Positions 40,001 to 46,888 of a DNA stretch of 64,000 bases are shown here, piece after piece (position 1 is the stretch's first letter; each line of letters opens with the position of its first letter). The stretch is from Rhodoglobus sp. (GTDB taxonomy: Bacteria; Actinomycetota; Actinomycetes; Actinomycetales; Microbacteriaceae): the NCBI GenBank assembly GCA_025463515.1, contig JAODAQ010000053.1:62735-126734 (forward strand), given 5' to 3'. The notes under the pieces were generated by a model. That model was given only the letters and a program-made list of their open reading frames with translations, made no database searches and was not told where the DNA came from. Both the position numbers and the translations under genes were made by a program.

Positions 40001-40358
40001 CCGCGACTGGAACGGCACGCCCCTCACGCAAGACGACATCATCGTGGTCACGCCCTACAACGCGCAGGTCGAGTGCATCCGACTCGCGCTCGCCGACTAC
40101 CCCGGCGTGCGGGTGGGCACGGTCGACAAGTTCCAGGGGCAGGAGGCCGTGATCTCCATCGTGTCGCTCGCGGCGTCGAGCCCGGTCGACGTTCCGCGCG
40201 GGCTCGACTTCCTGCTGTCGCGCAACCGCCTCAACGTGGCCATCAGCCGGGCTCAGTGGGCGGCGTACCTGCTGTACTCACCCGAGCTGACCGACTTCCT
40301 GCCGTACACGGCGGAGGGCGTGGCCGACCTGAGCCGCTTCATCCGGCTGGTGTCTTAG
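37029..40358 (+). CDS. RecB-like PD-(D/E)xK nuclease + RNase-H-like exonuclease + SF1 (Dna2/Upf1-like) helicase fusion (TM0106-family-like)
   Basis: GFADFIV...QDTKLA...QLAAYY (37392-37490), FFDFEGDP (37944-37976), Walker A GPPGTGKT (39258-39281), LLVIDEAGQ (39582-39608), VDKFQGQE. ATG 37029 (MFLLDG...) is preferred over ATG 36972. Confidence 0.85.
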   Translation: MFLLDGTVVTSPSDLTTAAHCEFAFARQLDAKLGLIEIERVPRDPLEARAAELGDEHENRWLEYYRANKSVVEIERPSIRRDALREAAKKTEEAFRNQAEVVFQATFFDESDPTAPMIGFADFIVRQPDGRYRVQDTKLARSVKVTALLQLAAYYDQLVRLNVPADETVELILGTDEVVPQDVNDILPVYRKRKARLHQIVAERAAATQAAQWGDRRYSVDGRCEFCEPEVEASRDLLLVAGMRLAQRAKLIEAGIVTIDDLAVSEDAPAGPRQQAALQLQATGPIPPFVMFAPELIGHLPEPDPGDIFFDFEGDPLYREEHTWGLDYLWGLVDRDETFTAFWAHDFEAERKALEQFLAWVTERRKQYPNMHIYHYASYERTHLLTISARHGVGEHIVDGLLRDNVLVDLYPLVKKTVRVGGRSYSIKKLEPLYMGEELRESEVANAAASIEQYDLAMRSEPAEQTRLLETIADYNRYDCVSTLRLHEWLLARASELGVQPGMYAEPVEERLPFEPSILAGQLLALEDGSGAFALASAAVDYHRRENKSFWWEHFARLEYPVEEWQDARGVFLVTSGEVVSEWFTKTSASYRTVKLRGEWAPGSATSTGEAFTLYDPPGPYRDPRIGGGLRLPVNASSVFPDEDDPDVVYVTERCPGGQEPWARMPLAIAPGPPPRAASLDQAIETVGARLCEDPWPKSSIGDILRRTPSRTKSGVLSPANGDVRAAVVTSILDLDDSYLAVQGPPGTGKTTLAATVITTLVRDHGWRVGVVAQSHKVVENVLRAVVKAGLDPDRVAKAPPTGGSYSDEPFFELQKDTHQLFAQRKHTGYVMGGTAWDMTNTKRVGRLQFDLLVIDEAGQFSLAATAAVSVSARNLLLLGDPQQLPQVSQGTHPAPVDQSALGFIADGHAVLPREYGYFLAKSWRMHSAITAPVSALAYDGALRSAPSADARMLVGVAPGLHPLPVAHHGNATHSVEEAAHVVALVEAHLGRDWNGTPLTQDDIIVVTPYNAQVECIRLALADYPGVRVGTVDKFQGQEAVISIVSLAASSPVDVPRGLDFLLSRNRLNVAISRAQWAAYLLYSPELTDFLPYTAEGVADLSRFIRLVS

Positions 40359-40507
40359 CGGTTCTTCTCGTCGTCGTCATCCGCGCGGGGCAGCTCTTCG
40401 TCGCCGCGCGGATCGGCGAGCTCGTTGATGCCGTCGACCAGCGCGTCGGCGACCGAGGGCGGGTTGTCGAGGTAGTCCTGGTTGGGCTCGTTCGTGGGAT
40501 CAGACAT
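40355..40507 (-). CDS. Microprotein S3 (50 aa, acidic)
   Basis: AAGGAG SD site 7 nt upstream of ATG 40507. Sequence MSDPTNEPNQDYLDNPPSVADALVDGINELADPRGDEELPRADDDDEKNR. GC3-rich codons. Below the track cut-off. Confidence 0.55.
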   Translation of the reverse strand: MSDPTNEPNQDYLDNPPSVADALVDGINELADPRGDEELPRADDDDEKNR

Positions 40508-40518
40508 GACTCAACTCC

Positions 40519-40662
40519 TTATCGGCGGGGGAGGGGGAGCGTGATCGGCCCCGTCAGCGGCAGTTTCGAGAGGTCGATCTGCAGGTTGTCGGGGTCAGGC
40601 ATGACGAGCACGGGCGGCTCGGCGACGGGGGTCTTCGACCTGGTCGAGTGCTTGCCGGTCAT
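40519..40662 (-). CDS. Microprotein S2 (47 aa)
   Basis: ATG 40662 forms an ATGA overlap with the S1 stop; GGAGA upstream. Sequence MTGKHSTRSKTPVAEPPVLVMPDPDNLQIDLSKLPLTGPITLPLPRR. Confidence 0.5.
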   Translation of the reverse strand: MTGKHSTRSKTPVAEPPVLVMPDPDNLQIDLSKLPLTGPITLPLPRR

Positions 40663-40820
40663 CGCTCGACATCTCCGTCGAGCTCGTCGTTCGCGCGCAC
40701 CGTGTCGTTGCCGCCGAGCTCCTCGGCGCCGGGGTCGCGCGGGTCGCGGTCGGGGCGGTCGAAGGGTGTGGGGTCGGGAGTCGCTTCGGCTCCGCCCAGA
40801 GGTTCTTGTGGGTCACTCAT
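40659..40820 (-). CDS. Microprotein S1 (53 aa, acidic)
   Basis: AGGAG SD site upstream of ATG 40820. Sequence MSDPQEPLGGAEATPDPTPFDRPDRDPRDPGAEELGGNDTVRANDELDGDVER. Confidence 0.5.
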   Translation of the reverse strand: MSDPQEPLGGAEATPDPTPFDRPDRDPRDPGAEELGGNDTVRANDELDGDVER

Positions 40821-41132
40821 GGGAGCTCCTTCCAGGCTTCACGCATAATTTCAACAAATCGCGTGCCGCGTAAAAAGGGCTTGACGGATGCTCGCGCGCC
40901 TGTTTCAGCGCCCCTCCCCTCGTGCGCGCTCGACCCGCTTCGCGAGCCTCAACAAGTGAGGCCTGCGAATGCTCGCGCGCCCGTTTCGGCGCGACGCTCC
41001 CGCGCCGGCAGGCGCATGGCGCCGAAAGGGGCGCGTGGGCGGATCGGGACGCCCCGCCGCGCCGCCCGCGGCGCCCATGCGGAGGTTTTGACGCGATGCT
41101 GCTGCCGCGGCATCCGCATGGGCCCGAAAGGT

Positions 41133-41165
41133 CCGCATGGGTGGACGGAGCCGGGCGCGCGAGAG
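41133..41165. repeat. Copy of the CCGCATGGG(Y)GGACGG...CGAGA element
   Basis: About 28 of 33 nt match 12908-12938. It is preceded by CATGCGGAGGTTTTGA (compare 12870-12884). Confidence 0.6.
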
Positions 41166-41184
41166 CCCAGAGGCCGGGAGCCGG

Positions 41185-41218
41185 GGTTTCGATACGGCCG
41201 CGGACGGCCTACTCAACC
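41185..41218 (-). repeat. REP-A unit (reverse)
   Basis: GGTTTCGATAC-GGCCGCGGACGGC-CTACTCAACC. Confidence 0.85.
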
Positions 41219-41224
41219 CGCCGG

Positions 41225-41258
41225 GGTTTCGATACGGCCGCGGGCGGCCTACTCAACC
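41225..41258 (-). repeat. REP-A unit (reverse), tandem with the previous unit
   Basis: GGTTTCGATACGGCCGCGGGCGGCCTACTCAACC, identical to 52909-52942. It ends 2 nt before the phoU stop. Confidence 0.85.
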
Positions 41259-41260
41259 CG

Positions 41261-41914
41261 CTAGTTCGAGGGGGAGACCCAGTCGCCGGTCGCCAGGTAC
41301 TGGACCTTCTTGGCGATGGAGACCGCGTGGTCCGCGAAGCGCTCGTGGTAGCGCGACGCGAGGGTGGCGTCGACCGTGTCGACGGCCGCGCCCTTCCAGG
41401 TCTCGCCGAGCACCTTGTCGAACACCGAGAGGTGCAGCGCGTCGATCTTGTCGTCGTCGTTGCGGATCTCCTCGGCGAGCTTGACGTCCTCCGTCTTGAG
41501 GAGCTCGACGAGCTTGCGGGCGATCGCGACATCCAGTTCGCCGAGCTGGGCGAACGTGCCGCGCAGCGACTTCGGGACGACCTTGTCGGGGAAGCGGTAG
41601 CGCGCGAGCTGCGCGATGTGCTCGGCCATGTCGCCCATGCGCTCGAGCGACGCGGAGATGCGCAGCGCAGAGACGACAATGCGGAGGTCGCGGGCGACGG
41701 GCTGCTGGCGGGCCAGGATGTTGATGGCCAGCTCGTCCAGCTCGGCGGCGGCGGTGTCGATCTTCTCGTCGTCGGCGATGACCGTCTCGGCGAGGGACAC
41801 GTTGGACTCGTTGAAGGCTCGCGTCGCGTTCTCGATCGACTCGGCCACGAGGGTCGAGATCTCGACGAGGCGGTCCTGCACCTCTCGCAGTTCCTGCTGG
41901 AATACTTCGCGCAC
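41261..41914 (-). CDS. phoU: Phosphate signalling complex protein PhoU
   Basis: 217 aa with two PhoU repeats (E/DxxxD motifs, e.g. RMGDMAEHI and RFADHAVSI). Confidence 0.95.
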   Translation of the reverse strand: MREVFQQELREVQDRLVEISTLVAESIENATRAFNESNVSLAETVIADDEKIDTAAAELDELAINILARQQPVARDLRIVVSALRISASLERMGDMAEHIAQLARYRFPDKVVPKSLRGTFAQLGELDVAIARKLVELLKTEDVKLAEEIRNDDDKIDALHLSVFDKVLGETWKGAAVDTVDATLASRYHERFADHAVSIAKKVQYLATGDWVSPSN

Positions 41915-41954
41915 GCTTACGGTCCCTTCGTTGTGGGCATAGTGAGACCCACAC

Positions 41955-42009
41955 GGTTCACGGCCACACTGCCCTCGTCAGGTTAACGGTGGGTGCCGAC
42001 GGCGTGAAC
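41955..42009. promoter_or_regulatory. GTTCAC / GTTAAC / GTGAAC hexamers in the phoU-senX3 divergent promoter
   Basis: GGTTCAC at 41955, GGTTAAC at 41981, GTGAAC at 42004. These are the same hexamers seen upstream of pstS and ppk1, but the spacing is irregular. Confidence 0.3.
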
Positions 42010-42082
42010 ATCGCCTGAAGTGCAGCGGCGGCGGAGCAACGCCGACCGGTCCACGCGGCAGATTGAAACTAATCTAGTCCCC

Positions 42083-43237
42083 ATGGACTCCGCGTGGCTG
42101 GTACCGGCCGCCCTTGCCTTCGGCGTCATCGTCGGGGCGGGCGTTTTCGCCATCGTCCTGATAGCTGCGCGGCGAGGGCAGAGGGCTGTGGATGTCACGT
42201 CCACGGCGGTCCCGGACGGGGTCGACCAGGTACTCGACGCCCTCGAGTCCGCGGGGGTGGTGATCGACCCGTCGAACAACGTCGTCAAAGCCTCGCCCGG
42301 CGCCCTGAGCCTCGGCCTCGTGTGGAACAGCGCGCTCGTGCATCCGGAGCTCACCAAGCTCGTCGACCAGGTCCGTCGCAACGGCGACCCGGTCAGCGAG
42401 GAGCTGCACCTCTCGCGAGGGCCATTCGGCGACGCGACGATCTACCTGGGTGTGCGCATCGCGCGGCTGGGGGCGCGGTACATCCTGCTGCTCGCCGAGG
42501 ACCGCACCGAGTCGTTCCGCCTCGACGAGGTGCGCCGCGACTTCGTGGCCAACATCAGCCACGAGCTCAAGACCCCGATCGGCGCGGTCGGCCTGCTCGC
42601 CGAGGCACTGGTCAGCGCGAGCGACGAGCCCGAGCAGGTCAAGCGCTTCGCGAAGCGCCTGACGAAAGAGTCCGAGCGGCTGGCGCGCATCACGCAGGAG
42701 ATCATCGAGCTCTCCCGCTTGCAGGCGACGGATGCCCTCGCCAAAGCCGAGCTCGTCGACATCGACCAGGTGGTCGCCGTCGCGATCGACCAGAACCGCG
42801 TGCTCGCCGAGGCGCACAAGGTGCAGCTCGTGAGCGGAGGGGATGCCGGCGCCGAGGTCTACGGCGACGAGACCCTGCTCGCGGTCGCGCTCCACAACCT
42901 CGTCTCCAACGCCATCCAGTACTCGCCGAAGAGCACGCGCGTCGGGATCGGCGTCAGCAACCGGGAGGGCGTCGTCGAGATCGCCGTGACCGACCAGGGC
43001 GTCGGCATCCCAGATGAAGACCAGGACCGGGTGTTCGAGCGGTTCTTCCGCACGGATCCGGCCCGCAGCAGGAACACCGGGGGCTCCGGTCTGGGGCTCA
43101 GCATCGTCAAGCACGCGATCCAGAACCACGGCGGCGACGTCCGGGTCTGGTCGCAGCCGGGGCACGGATCAACCTTCACCATCAGGCTGCCAGAGGCATC
43201 GCACGCGGCAGCCGCATCCTTGGGAGCACAGCAATGA
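42083..43237 (+). CDS. senX3: Sensor histidine kinase SenX3-like
   Basis: One TM segment; H box ISHELKTPIG; N and G boxes (NAIQYS, DQGVGIP, GGSGLGLSIV). ATG 42083. Confidence 0.85.
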   Translation: MDSAWLVPAALAFGVIVGAGVFAIVLIAARRGQRAVDVTSTAVPDGVDQVLDALESAGVVIDPSNNVVKASPGALSLGLVWNSALVHPELTKLVDQVRRNGDPVSEELHLSRGPFGDATIYLGVRIARLGARYILLLAEDRTESFRLDEVRRDFVANISHELKTPIGAVGLLAEALVSASDEPEQVKRFAKRLTKESERLARITQEIIELSRLQATDALAKAELVDIDQVVAVAIDQNRVLAEAHKVQLVSGGDAGAEVYGDETLLAVALHNLVSNAIQYSPKSTRVGIGVSNREGVVEIAVTDQGVGIPDEDQDRVFERFFRTDPARSRNTGGSGLGLSIVKHAIQNHGGDVRVWSQPGHGSTFTIRLPEASHAAAASLGAQQ

Positions 43238-43914
43238 CCCGCATCCTCATCGTCGAAGACGAGCCCTCGCTGAGCGACCCGCTCGCCTTCCTGCTGGGTC
43301 GAGAAGGGTACGAGACCGCGATCGCGGCCGACGGCCCCTCCGCGCTCGCCGAGTTCGACCGCAGCGGAGCCGACCTGGTGCTGCTCGACCTTATGCTCCC
43401 GGGGCTGCCCGGCACCGAGGTCTGCCGCGAGCTGAGGACGCGCTCGAGCGTGCCGATCATCATGCTCACCGCGAAGGACAGCGAGGTGGACATCGTGGTG
43501 GGCCTCGAGCTCGGCGCCGACGACTACGTCACGAAGCCGTACTCGACGCGCGAGCTGCTGGCGCGCATCCGGGCCGTCCTTCGTCGCCGGGTCGAGACCG
43601 AGGACGACGACGAGGCCGTGCTCGAGGCAGGAGCGGTGCGCATGGATGTCGAGCGCCATGCGGTCAGCGTCGACGGCGTGACCGTGCCGATGCCGCTCAA
43701 GGAGTTCGAGCTGCTGGAGCTGCTGCTGCGCAACGCGGGGCGGGTGCTCACGCGCGGCCAGCTGATCGACCGGGTGTGGGGCGTCGACTACTTCGGCGAC
43801 ACCAAGACGCTCGACGTGCACATCAAGCGGATCCGCTCGAAGATCGAGAAGGAGCCGTCGGAGCCGGTCATGCTCGTGACCGTGCGGGGGCTCGGGTACC
43901 GCTTCGAGGCCTAG
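43234..43914 (+). CDS. regX3: Response regulator RegX3-like (OmpR family)
   Basis: ILIVEDE...LLDLMLPG receiver plus a winged-helix C-terminus. ATGA overlap with senX3. Confidence 0.9.
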   Translation: MTRILIVEDEPSLSDPLAFLLGREGYETAIAADGPSALAEFDRSGADLVLLDLMLPGLPGTEVCRELRTRSSVPIIMLTAKDSEVDIVVGLELGADDYVTKPYSTRELLARIRAVLRRRVETEDDDEAVLEAGAVRMDVERHAVSVDGVTVPMPLKEFELLELLLRNAGRVLTRGQLIDRVWGVDYFGDTKTLDVHIKRIRSKIEKEPSEPVMLVTVRGLGYRFEA

Positions 43915-43917
43915 GCC

Positions 43918-44004
43918 GGTTGAGTAGGCCGCCCGCGGCCGTATCGAAACCCAGTAAGTCGCACTACCGGTTTCGATGCAGGCGCCAGAGCGCCTTACTC
44001 AACT
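43918..44004. repeat. REP-A inverted pair (F 43918-43951, R 43969-44004)
   Basis: The pair fills the whole convergent gap between the regX3 stop and the lipoprotein stop. Confidence 0.85.
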
Positions 44005-44006
44005 CG

Positions 44007-44513
44007 CTAGCGCAGGATCTCCGGCGGCAGCAGGTCTTTGTACTCGGGGTGGTTGTCGGCGTTGAGCACCGGAACCAGGAGCTCCTTGCCCTCGTTGTCG
44101 CCGTACTGGAAGTAGACGGGGAGCAGCCCGCCCGCCTCGACGCCGGGGTTCAGGATGATGATCTGCGTGTCGTCGGGGGAGGTGCCGTAGGTAGCGACGT
44201 CGCCCGCGCGCACCGACTTGGTGATCGTGGTCTTCTCACCGCCGGACTGGTACTGCACGTTGACGTTGGCGATCTTCGAGCCCGTGTTCACGAACGTGAC
44301 CATGAGGCTGATCGCGTGGCCGTCCTTGTTGATGAGGGCCACGGCATTGCGGACGGCGACGTTGCCGACCTCGGTGCCGATGCCGTCACTGGGGTCGTAC
44401 TGGATAAGCGTCGCCTGCTGCGCGATGAAGGTGCAGCCGGTTGTGCCGATAAGCAGGGCACCGGCCAGGACAACGGATGCCGCGGCTCGGGCGGCGGCTG
44501 AGCGAGCTATCAC
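44007..44513 (-). CDS. Lipoprotein (LpqE-like by position)
   Basis: Signal peptide with lipobox TTGC and a beta-rich body. It sits upstream of carD, as I recall for lpqE in Mycobacterium. Confidence 0.65.
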   Translation of the reverse strand: MIARSAAARAAASVVLAGALLIGTTGCTFIAQQATLIQYDPSDGIGTEVGNVAVRNAVALINKDGHAISLMVTFVNTGSKIANVNVQYQSGGEKTTITKSVRAGDVATYGTSPDDTQIIILNPGVEAGGLLPVYFQYGDNEGKELLVPVLNADNHPEYKDLLPPEILR

Positions 44514-44531
44514 GGGGTTCAGCTTATCGCG

Positions 44532-44601
44532 GGTTGAGTAGGCCGCCTGCGGCCGTATCCAACCCGGTTTCGATACGCGCGCCAGAGCGCGCTACTCAAC
44601 C
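44532..44601. repeat. REP-A inverted pair (F 44532-44564, R 44566-44601)
   Basis: The pair lies in the divergent promoter region between the lipoprotein gene and carD. The R unit is identical to 49379-49414. Confidence 0.85.
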
Positions 44602-44680
44602 CGCGGAGGCACTAAAGTAAGGCAACCCTAACCTTGAAGTCCCTGTGATAAACTAGGTGTCTTCGAAAGGACCCCCATTC

Positions 44681-45163
44681 ATGTTGTTTGAGGTCGGCGA
44701 GACTGTCGTATACCCCCACCACGGCGCAGCAACCATCTCCGAGGTGAAGACCAGGATCGTCAAGGGCGAGGAGAAGCTCTACCTCAAGCTGCGGGTCACC
44801 CAGGGCGATCTGACGATCGAGGTTCCCGCTGAGAACGTCGACCTGGTCGGCGTCCGCGATGTCATCGGCAAGGAAGGCCTGGACAAGGTCTTCGAGGTGC
44901 TGCGCGCCCCCTTCACGGAGGAGCCCACCAACTGGAGCCGCCGCTACAAGGCGAACCTCGAGAAGCTCGCGTCCGGCGATGTCATCAAGGTGTCGGAGGT
45001 CGTCCGCGACCTGTGGCGCCGCGACCAGGACCGCGGCCTCTCCGCCGGCGAGAAGCGCATGCTCGCGAAGGCCCGCCAGATCCTGATCTCCGAGCTCGCG
45101 CTCGCCGAGAAGACTGACGAGGAGAAGGCCTCCACCGTGCTCGACGAGGTTCTGGCCTCCTAG
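44681..45163 (+). CDS. carD: RNA polymerase-binding transcription factor CarD
   Basis: [19 protein letters not shown]...W.RRYKAN. AAAGGA SD site 10 nt upstream of ATG 44681. Confidence 0.9.
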   Translation: MLFEVGETVVYPHHGAATISEVKTRIVKGEEKLYLKLRVTQGDLTIEVPAENVDLVGVRDVIGKEGLDKVFEVLRAPFTEEPTNWSRRYKANLEKLASGDVIKVSEVVRDLWRRDQDRGLSAGEKRMLAKARQILISELALAEKTDEEKASTVLDEVLAS

Positions 45164-45196
45164 CGGTTCTGTCGGTTTCGACAGGCTCAACCAGCG

Positions 45197-46342
45197 ATGA
45201 TCGGCATCATCGTCGTCGCCGCGGGCAGTGGCACGCGCCTCGGCGCTGAGCAGCCCAAGGCGTTCGTCGAGGTGCGCGGCGTCCCGATGCTCGAGCGCGC
45301 CCTCGCGGGGGTGTTCGGGTCTGTCGAGCCCGCCCAGGTCGTGGTCGTCGCGCCGGCGTCGCACGTCGTGGCGGCACGGGCGATTGCCGCGCGGGCGGCG
45401 GGTGCGGCATCCGGAGCCGTGTCGGTAGTCGTCGGGGGCGCTACGCGACAGGACTCCGTGGCGAACGGGCTTGCCGCCCTCGACCCATCGGTCGACGTTG
45501 TGCTGGTGCACGACGCGGCACGCGCCCTCACCCCGAGCGTGCTGTTCGATCGCGTCGTACGTGCGGTCGTGGCATCCGGCGCCGGAGTCATTCCGAGCCT
45601 GCCGGTGAGCGACACGATCAAGCGGGTCGCCGAGAACACCGTGCTCGAGACTGTCGACCGCAGCTCGCTCGTGCACGTGCAGACGCCGCAGGGTTTCCCG
45701 CGGGCGCAGCTGGTTGAGGCCTACGCCTCCGCCGCGCAGGAGTTCACAGACGACGCCGCCCTGTTCGCCGCCGCCGGCCACCCGGTCGAGATCGTCGAGG
45801 GGGAGGCGCGCGCCTTCAAGATCACGACCCCGTGGGATTTGGCCCGGGCCGAGAACGTGCTCGGCATCACGACGTCCATGCGCACCGGTGTCGGCATCGA
45901 CGTGCACGCCTACGACGCCGCGGAGCCGCTGTGGCTCGGCGGCTTGTACTGGCCCGACGAGGTCGGCCTCGCGGGCCACTCCGACGGCGACGCCATGTGC
46001 CACGCCATCTGCGACGCGCTGCTCTCGGCGGCGGGCCTCGGCGACATCGGCGGGCGTTTCGGCACGGATGACCCGCGCTTCGCGGGCGCGCACGGCGACG
46101 TGTTCATCGGCGAGACTCTCGCGCTCGTGTCAGGCGCCGGCTGGGCGGTGGGCAACATATCCGTACAGCTCGTGGCGAAGCACCCCCGCCTCGGCGCCCG
46201 CCGCACGGAGCTCGAGAGCCACCTCTCCGCGCTCGTCGGCGCGCCCGTCAGCGTCTCGGCGACCACCTCGGACGGGCTCGGGTTCACCGGCCGCGCCGAG
46301 GGCGTCGCTGTTGTCGCGACGGCGCTGATCACTCGCGCCTGA
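45197..46342 (+). CDS. ispDF: Bifunctional IspD/IspF (MEP cytidylyltransferase / MEcPP synthase)
   Basis: N-terminus VVAAGSGTRLG...PKAF (IspD). C-terminus GIDVHA...GHSDGDA..HAI.DALL (IspF). Both lie in one uninterrupted 381-aa ORF. Confidence 0.9.
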   Translation: MIGIIVVAAGSGTRLGAEQPKAFVEVRGVPMLERALAGVFGSVEPAQVVVVAPASHVVAARAIAARAAGAASGAVSVVVGGATRQDSVANGLAALDPSVDVVLVHDAARALTPSVLFDRVVRAVVASGAGVIPSLPVSDTIKRVAENTVLETVDRSSLVHVQTPQGFPRAQLVEAYASAAQEFTDDAALFAAAGHPVEIVEGEARAFKITTPWDLARAENVLGITTSMRTGVGIDVHAYDAAEPLWLGGLYWPDEVGLAGHSDGDAMCHAICDALLSAAGLGDIGGRFGTDDPRFAGAHGDVFIGETLALVSGAGWAVGNISVQLVAKHPRLGARRTELESHLSALVGAPVSVSATTSDGLGFTGRAEGVAVVATALITRA

Positions 46343-46470
46343 GTACTTCCGGGGCGCTCCTCTCCCTCCCCCCGCGGGCCTAGTGGGGTGCCGGGTTGCC
46401 GGCCGGACGCCCTGCCCTGCCCGGCCGCCGCCGCTCGGTGTGCCGCCCCCGCCCGGCCTGCCAGCTCCGG

Positions 46471-46523
46471 CCCTGCCCGGCCCTGCCCAGCCCTGCCCAG
46501 CCCGGCCCAGCCCGGCCCGGCCC
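46471..46523 (-). repeat. (CCCNN)11 pentanucleotide tract (G-quadruplex-prone on the minus strand)
   Basis: Eleven consecutive CCC runs separated by 2-nt spacers (tg/gg/ag), embedded in a ~240-nt C-rich low-complexity tract (46385-46620). Confidence 0.85.
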
Positions 46524-46630
46524 TGCTGTGCGCGCCCTCCCTGCGCGCCTGCCCTGCCCTGCTGGCCGCGCTGCCCTGCCCGCCCGCCGGCCCAGCCTGT
46601 CTCCTCTGTTCGGCACCCTCCTCCTGGTCG

Positions 46631-46665
46631 TTCACCGTATTCAGGACACGGCGAAGCGTCCTGAG
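46631..46665. repeat. TCAGGACA-family hairpin, truncated copy
   Basis: The left arm TCACCGTATTCAGGACA is identical to 60187-60203. Only a 7-bp stem remains (TCAGGAC/GTCCTGA), with a 10-nt loop. Confidence 0.7.
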
Positions 46666-46888
46666 CCGGGGCGTGGAAGCGCGACAACCGCCGAACGTTC
46701 GGAGAGGCGGGCGTTTGCGTCCGAGCGGTGAGTCAGCGGGGAGCGGGCGCCAGCGAGGATAGGGCAGGTGTGGCGCCGGCGGAGCGCGAGCGGGAGTGGG
46801 GGAGAGGGCGGGAGTGGGTCGGGGCGCACGTGCGGCGCAGATTCGGCCCTCAGAGCCCTGCTGGCCGCGCCCCCGCTAAACTTGCCCG

